Source of the DNA: Octopus bimaculoides
Taxonomy: Eukaryota
Length of the DNA stretch: 64,000 nt
NCBI RefSeq assembly: GCF_001194135.2
Contig: NC_068998.1
Span: 8,547,686 to 8,611,685 of the forward strand
Direction: 5' to 3'
The stretch's first letter is position 1. The number at the start of each line of letters is the position of its first letter. This document shows positions 27,705 through 40,849 of this stretch, piece by piece. The position numbers were made by a program, and so were the translations under genes. The notes under the pieces are model-generated. The model searched no databases, had not been told where the DNA came from, and saw only the letters and a list, made by a program, of their open reading frames with translations.

Positions 27705-27815
27705 TAAAACAACGAAGACAGGTCGTGTTGAAAATAAATAGATGTATTATTATCACGCTCGGGAATTAAGAAAGTTTTTAACGTTTCGAGCCTACGCTCT
27801 TCTACAGATAGAAAC
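27705..27815 (-). mobile_element. Second Penelope-type terminal-repeat family fragment with hammerhead-like remnant
   Basis: Minus strand CTGTAGA-A-GAGC-GTAG-GCTC-GAAA-CGTT; homologous segment at 59345-59460. Confidence 0.5.
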
Positions 27816-27995
27816 AAGAAGAGAAAAAAAAAGGTGTAGTGGTCTGCGATCTATCAAGGTGAATGCAGGACAGAAGGGTCAAACAGGAGAGTTAAGAAGA
27901 AGGGGAAATAACAAGTAGTACTGATCCCAAAACGAAGGTGCGTTTGTGTGAGAGAATGCTGGCGATCTTAACATATGCGTGTGTGTATGTAGGTG

Positions 27996-28037
27996 NNNNN
28001 NNNNNNNNNNNNNNNNNNNNNNNNNNNNNNNNNNNNN
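27996..28037. other. Assembly gap
   Basis: N run. Confidence 0.99.
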
Positions 28038-28081
<44 letters not shown>

Positions 28082-28635
28082 GAAATCTTCCGTCGAAGGT
28101 AACGGATGAGTGTTCGGCTTTTGCCAAACGACAGCACAATAAGTGGTTGATTTGTTTAAAGTGACTTATTGTTCCTGCCGCACATTAACTCATAATCATC
28201 ATCCTAGTCATCATCATCATCGTAACGATGAAGATGATGCCGAGGAATGGAAGAAGATCATCACTACCACCATGGCTATCGTGGTCGTCATCGTCATCCT
28301 TTATTATCATCACCTTGATCATCACCGTCATAATTTTCATCACCATCCCCATCAACAATACTATCAAAACATAATCTACATCATCATCGTATATAGGTAC
28401 AGAGAGAAGAATAATATCAGACGTAAAACCACACAGTTTTACAAAAATCATATCTAATATTTTCTTACATCATATTATGGACAAGGGAAGAAAAAGGAAA
28501 AAGTACTGAAAGAGCGACGGAATAATCTGATATGAAATGTCAGTAAGTATGTATTTACGGTAGAAAAGTATTTATATTGGGTGAATGAAAACCATTTATC
28601 ATATAAATGTTGGAAATAGATACGTGCGTTTGTGT

Positions 28636-28671
<36 letters not shown>

Positions 28672-28771
28672 NNNNNNNNNNNNNNNNNNNNNNNNNNNNN
28701 NNNNNNNNNNNNNNNNNNNNNNNNNNNNNNNNNNNNNNNNNNNNNNNNNNNNNNNNNNNNNNNNNNNNNNN
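28672..28771. other. Assembly gap (100 N)
   Basis: N run between TA tracts. Confidence 0.99.
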
Positions 28772-28827
<56 letters not shown>

Positions 28828-29068
28828 CTATGTATGTATGTATTAGCTTAATATAATTGTGTGGTGGAATGGAGGAAGAATTAATTCATATCAAACATTA
28901 ACAGACTAATTTTCAGATCAAGTTAATCAATCGTCGACGAAACATGTGTACATGTGTGTTTTCGTATGCATGCGTGTATATATCTATGTATATGTATGCA
29001 TCTACGTATACATATATATCAATATATGTATAAATGTATTAGTGCGTATATATTTAAATATATGTATG

Positions 29069-29110
<42 letters not shown>

Positions 29111-29277
29111 CATACATATATATACATGCATACATATGTGTATCAATTAGTATATATATAGATATGTATCTGAATCTATGTATAGGTATGTACACCACGT
29201 CGTACATACCCACATGTATACATATACTCATAAAATATATATTCACTACATCACATAAACCACATCCCTCTCTCTCC

Positions 29278-29354
<77 letters not shown>

Positions 29355-30012
29355 CGTTGTCATCATTATCATCATCATCGTCATCCTCTTGTAGCAAAGA
29401 TGGAAGAGAGAAAAATTAATGTACAAAATATATTTTCCGGACACATATATACTGTAATTATTGAAATAATTATGTGTCCACAACGAAAGTTCTCTTTTAT
29501 AGCGATAGCGATTAATTCGTGTGAACGTAAGTTATAATTCCAAATTTCCTATTGAACTGACTTCTAATCGAATGTAATGATCATAAGAAATATTATTACT
29601 AAAAGTTATTTAAGTTTATAAAGAAAAAAAACACCGTGGATAAGATATTAAAAAAAAATCACAGTAAGGTAAGTAGGGAACGTGTCATGGAAATATGAAA
29701 TTTATGATATAATGTGTGTTAATGTGTGTGTTTGCAAGTATTTGTTGACGCACAATACAAATTGGGATTTTTTCCGGTGCCGTTATTTATTACTTAACAG
29801 TATTTCCTGAAGGTAAACACAACAGTTTATTCATTCAAATACGTGCGGATGAATATAATGATATCTGATTGACGTACACGGCTAACGGGATCAGCAATTT
29901 TGTGTGTAAGATGGTGAGTCAGTCCATTTCGTCTCTCATTTTATTGGTACTTTATTTTACTGATCAATAATGTCCTCAACACTGTCCTCAACAAGATTTG
30001 AACTCGGAACGT

Positions 30013-30848
30013 AATTAGCGATGGGCCTCTTTCCTATCATTTATCTGGATAACTGCAACAGCAACACAAGCTACCCTTCCGTGAGATGGTATCAACTGCC
30101 AATGATCTCAAAATGCATGTGTTTTCAAACATTGCACAAAACTTTAGCAACAGTCAATGACTACGTGAACGAGCCATCTTAGCTCCACGTAATGATGCTG
30201 CCGACAAAATCAATTGGAATCTCTTGCAGTTGTTGCCAGGGTAAGAACAGTCTTTCAAATCTATTGACACCGTCATTGATCAGAACCAAACTGTGGTTTT
30301 TCCAACTGAGTTCCTGAACTCTATACAGCCATCTGGGATGCCACCACACAACTCAACACTTCCTGCTGCTCAGGAATCTGAATCCACGTTGCCTGTGCAA
30401 TGTCGCCTGACTGGTGGTGAAAGCGATGCAACCCTATGGCCTAGAAGCAGCAATTATCACTGGGAAATCTGACCTAAAACTTTCAATTTAAACGGCTCCA
30501 GTTCCCAGGGAAACTAAGTTTTGCTATTTTGATAAACAAATCGTAAGGACAATCTCTCAAAGTTAACCTTGCTTCTCTCATGGGCAATTATATGTAGGAT
30601 ATTCGCGAGTTGGAAGCCCCAAAACTCATTTAATTTGTACCCCAATTAAAGGACATATTGAAGACATTGTTTATTTAGAAGTTCTACAAAATTAAACTGT
30701 GATTGATCTCAGGATTTGTTTCAATAACTGTTTGTACTCACGGCATCTGAGAGAATTTTTCTGAAGGTATATTTGTTATCCGAATAAATCTATTCATTTC
30801 TTTTAAGATTCTTCAAACTTGCGAGCAACGCCGGGTGATTAAGCTATC
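30013..30848 (+). mobile_element. Helitron 3' remnant (PIF1-like helicase C-terminal half, decayed)
   Basis: LRERAILAPRN (30161-30193), FPTEFLNSIQPSGMPPH, LLLRNLNP.CLCN, RLQFP..L.FAI.INKS*GQSL, FSHGQLYVGYSRVG (30573-30614); 3' end GCGAGCAACGCCGGG...AAGCTATC in place of the usual CTAG terminus. Confidence 0.9.
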
Positions 30849-30999
30849 ATATATATGTGTTTGCGTGTGTGTGTGTGTGTATACATACATTATATATATA
30901 CATATATATATGTATATATATATATTATATATATATATATATACTGTGTGCGTATGTAGGTAGGTAAGTAGGACGTGATAAGTCTGTGAGCTGGCATAG

Positions 31000-31180
31000 T
31001 CGTTATCGCGCCGGACAAAATGATTGACACCATTTGCTCCGGCTTTAAGTTTTGATTTCAAATTCAACGGAGGACTACTCTGCTTTTCATGCTTTCGTAG
31101 TCGATAGAAATATGTACCCATTTAGTACTGGGGTTGATATAATCGTCTAGCCTCATCGCATAAAAATTGCAGGCCTAGTA
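31000..31180 (+). mobile_element. Family-B SINE, degraded
   Basis: CGCCGGACAAAATG...TTCAAATTCAACGGAGG...GTCGATAG...TACTGGGGTTGAT. Confidence 0.7.
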
Positions 31181-32089
31181 TGTACAGTATAAAAGATTAT
31201 GATACATTTGTAGATGTCTGTATGTCAATGCTTTTTTTATGTACAAATTCGCATATAATACACATATATACACGCAAAAAAATACAGCAAAAATAACACA
31301 TGGCAATATTCTCAGAGAAATATAATCAAATAAACTAAATAATAATGAATAATTTCCAACAAATTTGATCAAATGGCGAAACTAATATTTACTAACGATA
31401 AAAACACAATATGCACAGAGGATGGTCATTCATTTCACAATATCATTTCAAATAGGGTTGCGTAAATAAATAACATAAAACTACTTTCCTGAGTTTTATT
31501 AATGTTAGTCTTGAGTTAACAAAATTGTGATTCAATTGAAATCGGAGACCCTGATATTAGATCTAATTGCAAATAAACAAATAAAATGGTTAATGAAAGC
31601 CTTATATTTTGATATCATTCAATTATTTTTATTACATTTTTATTCTTTCTTTTTATGATTTAATTATTATACTATTGTTAATGATAGTTAAAATGGCGCA
31701 GCTCAATAGAGAACGAGCTTAAATGTTATTTGTTTACTGAAATCAAATCCTCTATGGGTCTGATTTGACCTGCCAAATACGCTGATTCAAACGGATGGCA
31801 GAAAAAAAAAGAAAAGAAAAAAAATGATAAAACATAAGAACACATTCGCTTTTCATTGTATTTACCTAAAATAATAAATTTGAAAAGAATCGAAAATAAA
31901 TGTTGATAATGAGTCAATAAATTACAAAATTTAATTACAAAATTTGTCATGTATCATCTAGTTTGAAAGAAATTATAGTCATTGTAGTTATTGCAATTAG
32001 TTTTGTTTGTTTGTTTTTTATTATTATTATTACCATTAATACTAAAACTGTGACTGATTCTAGTACTCTGATTATTATTTGGTTGTGTG

Positions 32090-32420
32090 GAAGGCGGTGA
32101 CTTGGTAGAACCGTCAGCAAGCTGAGTAAAATTCTTAGTGGTATTTCACGCGTCTTTACGCCCTGAGCTCAAATTCCGCCGAGGTCGACTTTACCTTTCA
32201 CTCTTTCGTGGGCGTCGATAGAATATTACCAGGTAAATACTGGGGTCAATTTGGCTTACCCACACCTCCAGAAACTGCTGGCCTGTGCTAAAATTTGAAT
32301 CCGTTATTAATTCCGTCGAGGTTAACTTTGTTTTTCATGCTTTCAGCGCCGATACAATAAGTATTAATTAAGTAATTAGATCGATATGATCGATTAACCC
32401 CAGGCCTTGAGCTTGTATTA
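32090..32420 (+). mobile_element. Family-B SINE plus a second partial core
   Basis: AAGGCGGTGAC...GAGCTCAAATTCCGCCGAGGTCGACTTTACCTTTCA; second AATTCCGTCGAGGTTAACTTTG at about 32310. Confidence 0.8.
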
Positions 32421-32462
32421 AAAAGAATTATTTTGGCTGATAGAATGATGGTAGCATTCCAT

Positions 32463-32808
32463 CAGTTACGATCAACGGAACAGCCTGCTCATGAACTTAA
32501 CGTGTAAGTGGCTGAGTACTCCACAGACACGTGTACCCTTAACGGAGTTCTCGAGGGAGATTCAGCGTCATGCGGAGTGTGACAAGACGGACCCTTTGAA
32601 TTACAGGTACAACAGAAACAGGACGAAACAGTGGGAGAAATGTGTGGTGAAAGAGTACAGCAGGATTCGCCACCCCCCTGCTGGAATCACGTGGAGCTTT
32701 AGGTGTTTTCGCTCAATAAACACTCACAACGCCCTATCTGGGAATCGACACCGCGATCCTATGACCGCGAGTCCGCTGCCCTAACCACTGGGCCATTGCG
32801 ACTCCACA
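32463..32808 (-). mobile_element. Family-A SINE
   Basis: Near-full-length homologue of 5649-6040, lacking the extreme 3' tail. Confidence 0.9.
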
Positions 32809-33374
32809 GTGGAATGATAGCGATATTACTGCGTATTTTTTTCTTTTTCTTGTAGTATTTGTTTCCTAGTAGTAGTAGAAGGATTTGCTGTTGTCTTCGT
32901 CATCGACGTCGTTGTTGTGTCTTTGTCATGAGGAAAATTCAATGAAGACTCGCTGTAGATAGTATGAAAAAATCTATGTGGGAGGTAAGTTGTCTGTTCA
33001 TTAGATTTAAAATGAAATGGTTTATCTCTACACTTAGCAGTTACAAATGCTGCGAAATCATGTAAGAATGTGTATTAGTGTGTGAGTGTGAGCATGTGTA
33101 TGTGTGTGTGTGTGTGTGTGTGAATCAGTGCACATGAGTGTCTGGTGTGTGACTGACAATGTGTGAACGATCAAGAGTGTGTGTGTGTTCATGCGTGAAC
33201 ACACATTCATATATTTTTACATACGTACATACATGTCCACGTACAAATAAACATGTGTGTGTATAATTTACCTATTCACTTAAATATATAAATATATGTA
33301 TATATATGTATACACACACACACCATACACACATGCAAGCATATATATATATATATATTACGAGTGTCTGTCTT

Positions 33375-33431
<57 letters not shown>

Positions 33432-33757
33432 GCGTTGTATGTATGTGTGTGCCTCCTGTAAACTCATTCTCTAAACATGTGTATTAATACGACAATATAG
33501 CATAACACATTATAGTGCAACAGATTACTTTCCATTATTATCACCACTAAAATGTATCAGCTTCTCTACTGATAATATTTATTCAATTCTCTAAATTCTC
33601 AATTATTTTAATACACCATTTCAATATGTATCATAGCAACAGTTAAAGAATCTCTTCTCGCTCGCGCATACCAAAAGTAAAGAACAATCAAAGCTTGTTC
33701 AACATGTTTTAATGTAATATCTCTTTCCCTCACTCTACACAGACATGCATAAATTCC

Positions 33758-34330
33758 TATACACGGGCGCGCACGCGCAGTGTGTTCGGGCTAAACTTGA
33801 CAGTTTGTATAAAATAATAAGAACACATTGCCTCATATTAAAACAAACGAATGTCAAAAAAATATCAAAATATCTTATCTAGATTTTGCCCGGGAGAAAA
33901 GAGTTTTCTCAAAATAGCCACCCTTAGCTTCCTACACTGCCTGAAGACAACTTCGAAATCTGATGCATGCGTTCCCCAATGTGCTTCTAGCAAGATCTTC
34001 ACCACCTCTCTGTTCTTGGTCTCCTGCTCGGTCTTGGTATACAAGCAGAGTGGTTGGTGCCTTTCTCAACCGCGAGCTGGTGAAGTCGTGAAAATTCTCC
34101 CACGGCCATATCTGAATCTTTCGGGAGGTATGGCAAGGAGCCTAATCGCGCTACTGCACATATGCCTCTGTAGAAGTGAACCCTCTCCAAGCAAGAATTG
34201 ACCACAATCTCCAGCAGTTTCACATAGCCGTCAGAATTAAACCTAAGACCCTGTTCAAAGACGTGGGTAAGAAGCCCGGCGCGGCGACGCAGTTAGAACG
34301 CCTCTCGTGTCCTTTCCGGCTGGCTGCTGC
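33758..34330 (-). mobile_element. DD37D/maT-like transposase C-terminal remnant with terminal sequence
   Basis: Minus: HVFEQGLRFNSDGYVKLLEIVVNSCLERV...ACIRFRSCLQAV*EAKGGYFE (ends about 33906); TATACACGGG at 33758 resembles the terminus at 3951. Confidence 0.82.
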
Positions 34331-34424
34331 TTCGTAGTCACCTTTTGCAGCTGTTCATATCATATATTACTGCATTTACAGTGTTCACAAAAACGTTCGT
34401 ATTTTCACTTGTTTTCTTTTTTAT

Positions 34425-34660
34425 TACTTTTTACTTGTTTCAGTCATTAGACTGCGGTCGTGCTGGGGCAACCACCTTGAACTTTTAGCCAAGCTAATTG
34501 ACCCCAGTACTTTTTTTAAGGCCTCGTACTTATTCTATTGATCTCTTTTGCCGAAGCGCTAACTTACCAGGACGTATGTACACCAACACCGGTTGCCAAG
34601 CGGGCGGGGAGGGACAAACACAAACACAACTACATATACATACATATATATATATACACA
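34425..34660 (-). mobile_element. Family-C SINE 3' half
   Basis: TTTCAGTCATTAGACTGCGG...TTTTGCCGAAGCGCTAAC...GGGACAAACACAAACAC. Confidence 0.8.
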
Positions 34661-35047
34661 CATAGTAGTAGTAGGTGTAATTTCAGGTTTACTTCAGAGT
34701 TAGGTGTATTCTTTCTTTTATGCAACCTGGTTTGTTTGGGCCAACAGCTGCTCTGTCTTAGATATATATGAGCAGTGTTCTAGAGTGACAAATAGTTTGT
34801 GCTTCATATAACCAGCAGCTGTTGATTATTAGTTTGTAACTCTAAAGAGAATTCTTTTTCTTTTTCCTTTGAGATGCAGTTTTGACGGCAATAGCTGTGT
34901 GGTCATGAGAAATCTGTAGTTAATGTGAAGTTAAGCAGTTGTTGGGTTTGCAAAGGTTTTAACTGCGAGTTTTTCATAAGCGAAATTGGTAGATGAAGCT
35001 GTTTTTTTTTTAAATAAATATGTAGTGGCTTTGGTTTTTAATTCTGT

Positions 35048-35489
35048 TAAAGAGGGCCAATTTGGAAGCATTCTCCAGAACCATAACTAATTTCGTAAGA
35101 GCATGCCACCTTATGGATGGTCGCTCACCCAACGATTCAAATTAAGTGTGGTTCTGCATACGAAATCATCCACAACAAGCTTCGCTTTTTTAAAGTCTGT
35201 GCGAAATGGGTGTCCAGAGAGCTTACTGAATTGCATAATAGCAATCCTTTGGAGATCTTTCAGGATCTACTCGACCGCTACAAAGATAAAGAGCAGGAAG
35301 CGGTGCAAAATGGCTGCACAAGCAGCCAAACATATCCTTCCCCGATGGAATAAGCAAGCTTGTGGACCGCTGGCAGGAGTGGCTCGAAAAGCAAGGAGAC
35401 TGTGTGGGTAAATGATGTAATTCTTCAACTCCTGCTGTTCTTTTAATAGATTACAGGAACAAGAGTGCACATAACTTTTGGCTTACCCT

Positions 35490-35493
<4 letters not shown>
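35048..35493 (+). mobile_element. mariner (DD34D-type) transposon, internally deleted
   Basis: GSAYEIIHNKLRFFKVCAKWVSRELTE (WVPRxL motif) joined to DGISKLVDRWQEWLEKQGDCVGK*; 3' TIR-like ACTTTTGGCTTACCCTCGTG. Confidence 0.88.
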
Positions 35494-35522
<29 letters not shown>

Positions 35523-35596
35523 GTCACTTCAAACACACACACATTCTCTGTCTCTCTCTCTCTAATTTGCTTTGCGGGAAGGACTGTTCCAACGAA

Positions 35597-35824
35597 NNNN
35601 NNNNNNNNNNNNNNNNNNNNNNNNNNNNNNNNNNNNNNNNNNNNNNNNNNNNNNNNNNNNNNNNNNNNNNNNNNNNNNNNNNNNNNNNNNNNNNNNNNNN
35701 NNNNNNNNNNNNNNNNNNNNNNNNNNNNNNNNNNNNNNNNNNNNNNNNNNNNNNNNNNNNNNNNNNNNNNNNNNNNNNNNNNNNNNNNNNNNNNNNNNNN
35801 NNNNNNNNNNNNNNNNNNNNNNNN
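35597..35824. other. Assembly gap
   Basis: N run. Confidence 0.99.
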
Positions 35825-35825
35825 N

Positions 35826-35869
<44 letters not shown>

Positions 35870-36449
35870 TATATAAGTACATAAATACATACAATCATGC
35901 TTATATGTATATATAGAAGGAAAGGAAGATACGTAGATTATTAAATAGATAAAAATATCTATGTACAGAAACTTTTACCAACGTATGTGCTTGTGTGAGT
36001 GTTTATGTGTATGTGTATGTCTGTGTATTGTGTACGTGCGTGTGTAAAAGTGAGTGAGAGAGAGAAAGAGAGAGTTAGCGGGCATATGTTTATATAAAAT
36101 TTATTTATTTTTCACTCTTTTTAACCTGTTGTGTGGGGAAACTTGTCTGTTCTAAGTGATAGAATAATTATTTAGAACTATAAAAAAAATATTCGACGCA
36201 ATATAATATAATATAGTAAACAATACAAAACATCTGTAAAATAAAATATCTATTCACATTTTCTATGAAAGTTTGTAAGTACGGATTCGAATTAGTCAGC
36301 AATATATTACAGGTTTTTAAATGCCAACGTACATAATAAGGGCGATGTTTTAAATATGAGTTTGTGTTTGAATGTCACATACGTCTAGATCGAAGACTTT
36401 TGCTGTAGTAAAAATGTGAGAGACAACATCACGTTTAATTACAGCAACT

Positions 36450-38960
36450 GTCAAAAATGCTTACTGATTTGGTTATGGAACATTCTGTTTAGCATGAGTT
36501 TCGTTTTAGTATTAGCTAAATAAAGGTTTTTATTCGGATTACTGACCCTCTCAATACAGTGTTGCTTGAAGGATATGCAACTGTCAGATTCGTAATGTAC
36601 AAAATGGTTTGGAGGTAAATAGCTCTGTAAGCTGCAATGGCTTGTAACCGTAAGTAATGACAGATGCAAGTTGTTGGCACTCCGTCGCTTACGACGACGA
36701 GGGTTCCAGTTGATCCTATCAACGGAACAGCCTGCTCGGGAAATTAACGTGCAAATGGCTGAGCACTCTACAGACACGTGTGCCCTTAACGTAGTTCTCG
36801 GGGATATTCAGCGTGAGACAGTGTGACAAGGCTGACCATTTGAATTACAGGCACAACAGAAACAGGAAGTAAGAGTGAGAGAAAGTTGTGGCAGAAGAGT
36901 AGAGCAGGGTTCGCCACAATCCCCTGCCGAAGCGTCGTGCAGCTTTAGGTGTTTTCGCTCAATAAACATTCACAACGCCCGGTCTGGGGATCGAAGTCGG
37001 GTTCTTATGACCGCGAGTCCGCTGCCCTAACCACCGGGCCATTGCGCCTCCACGACAGATGCATTACCTTCTAACTGTAGGTAGTTTGCCGAGTTCCTGA
37101 CATATCGTGACTGATTTTGTTTGTGATTTTAGTATTTCTGTCCTAGTAATACTAGTGTCCTCAGTGCTGCTGTGTTTATCTTGCAATGAAATGACAAACG
37201 TGCAGGATAACTCGAAATAAGCTCCAATGAAGACGCGGTTTAAGTTGCGTAGCATGCAAAAAAACTTTGAACTTACCGACATATCAGGGCTGAATGGTAA
37301 TGACTTCTCTAATGATAATTGATCGTTTGCAGTACTGCATACATACTTTATATTGACTAGCTCGAGAAAACTGCCGTAATGTATCTCATTAGTTAAATTC
37401 ATAGGTACGCGTTGCACCTTAGACAATAAGCTAGCTGTATAGATACTGATTACGTCATTTGCGTTTCTCTGTCAAGACGATATAATTTTATTGGCTGCTT
37501 TATAAAGAGAAGCAATTTATAAGCCATTGTTTTCGGTGGTGCTATAATGGCTGATAAATTTAGCTGCTATAATACCTCTGTATAAATGGCTTGCGGCATT
37601 GAAAGAGGGTCCAATTTTAAAGCAAACTTGTCAGAGATAGCCATTGAGGTAATGCTACCGTCAACACTTGCAGCCCTGGCGAGAATCCCTGACACATACA
37701 GAGACACGTGATAACATACAGTTGCCCTTCTTTACTTTCGAATTCTTCTCTTACACAAGGACGAAAAGGTAAAATCTGTTGCAAAAATCCATAAATGAGA
37801 AATAGATTAAGAAAACAAGACGGCAATACTCTCACAAAGCTGAAGGTTGAAAGATTTAACAAGACATGAAGGACCCTTCACACAAGAAAGATTTGCTCGC
37901 AACTACCCGCACCATCACCACCACTAAAAACTCTACTGCCATCAGCACCACCAGCACCACCACAACAACACCGCGCCAACAGCGACAGCTACAGAAAGCC
38001 ATAAATTGTTATACGCACAACTACATCAACACACGAGAGAAATGGGAAATAGAAAAATATATCTTGAGCAAGAACGAAATGGACAAAGAAATAAAAACAT
38101 GATCTAGAACAATGAAAGCAACAATATTTACAAGTACCTATACAAGAAACTTACTTCAACATTTTTGTTGTGCGAAAAATCGACTACGAAATATTGGAGT
38201 ACACAGGACAAAATATAGCGAAAATTCAAACAAAACAACAAAACAGCAGCGCAATATTTGCGGTTAAGAACATCACCAAACATATTTATCATAATAAAGG
38301 AAAAATTCACTTATGTCGTAGGAATTTTCCGAAAAAAGCAGCCAAAATGTCTGTTGAATGCCTTTCAAGCTTCCTATATTCAACATTAATATGGGATTGT
38401 CTTTGCCAAATTTTCTGGTTTGGATAATTGCTCAATAAACTGTTTAAATATTTGCTGGATTTCTTCGCACTAGGAAGCGCCTGAATTTACTGAAGACCAA
38501 TCATATCAGAAACATTTTATTGATCAAGAAGTTATCGATAACGTCTGTGGTAAGAATCCCAGAAATAATAGCTGACTTTCCTCCAAATCATAGCCTATAG
38601 TGTTAGAAAAGTATGGAACATTATACATAATGTAGTCTTATTTATAATTATATAAAGATGAAATCGACATGATTGTTATTGCTTCGGTCATAGATCTGTT
38701 TGCGCAATCAGAGTTGACCTGGGGCTAAATAACATAAACAACAATTCAACTACGACAACGACGGAAAAAATAAAAACAACAATGACAACAACGACAACGA
38801 TGAAAATCGAGTTTGATACCGGAAAAGTATGAACAAAAGAAAACTATAATGAAATTCCTTGGAGCGTTAAAAATAAGCGAATTTATAGAAAATAGTCCAG
38901 ACTCACCATATTTCGTTGGTGCAGTCGTTCTCAATTGGCTTTGACTAGCAAACATTGATA
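36450..38960 (-). pseudogene. Decayed NACHT-LRR (NLR-like) gene, unit 1
   Basis: Ordered remnants on minus: YGESG (38910-38896), FIIVFF, GYD (38595-38587), FLPQTLSITS*S (stop 38526-38524), EEIQQIFKQF (38466-38437), FQCRKPFIQRY[+1 nt]AAKFIS (37604-37550). Then about 130 open codons of LRR-like sequence (ORF 37426-37064) continuing beyond an inserted SINE as CICHYLRLQAI... Confidence 0.68.
36669..37053 (-). mobile_element. Full-length family-A SINE with 10-bp TSD, inserted into pseudogene unit 1
   Basis: GACAGATGCA flanks both ends (36659-36668 and 37054-37063). Confidence 0.93.
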
Positions 38961-39439
38961 AACATCATAAATCTTTATAAATACATAACCATATACATTA
39001 TCTTATATTGACTAGAGGAGATATACAAAGAATGTTTCTATTATTGCTTGCAGACCGGAATATCAAATGAACATCAATATGAATTGAACAATAAGTTTGT
39101 TTTAAATTTTACGTAGACCTGCGATAGGCCTGCAAACAGCTACGATGCTATGGTGTCGAACTAGAGGTCATGATTTCAATAATCATGACAGTGCAGTGGA
39201 TCTGCCTTTTACTTAGGGCATCCATCGATCAAGGAAATACATAATCACGTGAAAACCTGGGTAAGATGATTTTAGGGAGGCTAACGTTGTTGCTGCTCAC
39301 GCCTGGAAGTTTCTCCGCCGATGCCACAGATATTTATCGAAGGGGAAGGCCGCTGAGTTATGCCGATGCAACGTGGCACCGGTGTCGTCTCAGACGTTGC
39401 TCTCAGAACGGAAATAAGCTAACAAAATATATATATATA

Positions 39440-39540
39440 TACAGCTTCACATAAATAATGAAGTCGTAAAGAAAATGGTGCGCCTGTCGACAGAAGTCCA
39501 ATGACGGGATCGAATCACAGAATAATGGAAGACATGGAAT
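39440..39540 (-). pseudogene. Fragment of the same family's C-terminal coding region
   Basis: Minus HWTSVDRRTIFFTTSLF aligns with LWTTVIGHTIFSSTSLI at about 41010-40960; nucleotide similarity is visible by eye. Confidence 0.6.
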
Positions 39541-39729
39541 TAAACGCCTTACTTCAACGACCTGTCGTATATATATATATATATATATATTTAAATATGC
39601 ATATGTGTGTATACATGTATGTGTGTGCGTGTGTGTATGTATGTGCGTGCGGGCGTGTGCGTGTGTGTGTGTATTTATTGCTACATATATTTGTACATAC
39701 ATTTAGCTATGACTGTTTGTACATGCTAT

Positions 39730-40400
39730 TATTGTTTTGACCGGTCGAAAAGCCAGTGGAGTTTGCGCTGTGTAATTTATTAATTACTTCTACATGTAGA
39801 TAGTAAATCAGTGAGCAAAGACATTCCAGCTTTGACCACACTGTCTTTGTCCAACATGCAAACAACCCAGGTATAATTTATCCAACATGTAGTGAAATCA
39901 ATTTTCTTTGCTTTACTTTTTCCAAATAGTATAGGACCGATGTCTAGTTTTCTCAAAGTCCAAAGTATTGGGATATACTTTTCCTTACGTGAATTCAACC
40001 AAAGAGTCTATGATGTAGAAGACAGAGATTTGACTGTTGTTTCTAGCAGCATGTGTGACGGCACCTACAGGAGGTTCCGTCAATAGCTTCTGATATTTCG
40101 TTGTACGACAAACGTCAAATACTTAATTTTCCTTACACCAAACTGAAGGAAAAACGTACCCGATCCCCAGATAGTGCATCTATTATAAATGGGCTGAATA
40201 TTCAATAGGATTATTTGAAATTCATCTACAGAACACTGCAGAGTCAAGGGAATATGGGAATTGTGAAGTCATCTACCTCAGCAACAGTTATACGTTTTAT
40301 TTTTAAAACTTATTCACCAACTTCTATGAGAAAGCTTCCATGAAATCCACAGAGTTGATGCGTATACGCTTGTAATTCTCCTCACATCATGCCATACCAA
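39730..40400 (-). pseudogene. Decayed LRR-like/C-terminal region, unit 2
   Basis: FHGSFLIEV and SVDEFQIILLNIQPIYNRCTIWGSGTF (40232-40152) align with HYGSFLELV and SVSSKFFCMLRNLNRVFIGAYFELSCTF of unit 1. The frame continues through three stops into LWTLRKLDIGPILFG...LLSTCRSN*. Confidence 0.65.
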
Positions 40401-40849
40401 TCTTATAATGCGTGCATATGCATGTACGTGTGTATGTGTGTGTGTACAGATTAATATTATATATACATATATATATATATATATATTAGTGATAAAATCC
40501 AAAATTACAGGTAAAAACTCAATTAAAATCAATTTAATAAAAATTAAAATTAAATTAAGTTTCACAGTATAAAATATAAATATATAGTTTTAGGGAAAAG
40601 AACCAAGGTTCATGAACTCATCAATGAAAATCCACTATCACATATAGAAAAATTAATAAGTAAAAGCACAATAAATAAGTATAATATAATACAAACTAAA
40701 TATTATAAGACAAAGATAATAATAATAATAATATATTCATTATTAATTATTTATGTGCGGCCATACAGATATATATACACACACACGCACATATATATAT
40801 GTTTATATATGTACGTGTGTGCGTGTGCGTGCGTGCGTGCGTGTTATTG

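Noticed and set aside
37069-37420. ORF 37426-37064 as an intact internal exon of a live gene (AG and GT sites present)
   Set aside because: The same frame extends up- and downstream through stops and aligns with uninterrupted paralogous sequence, which fits a decayed larger exon better. Not fully excluded without RNA data.
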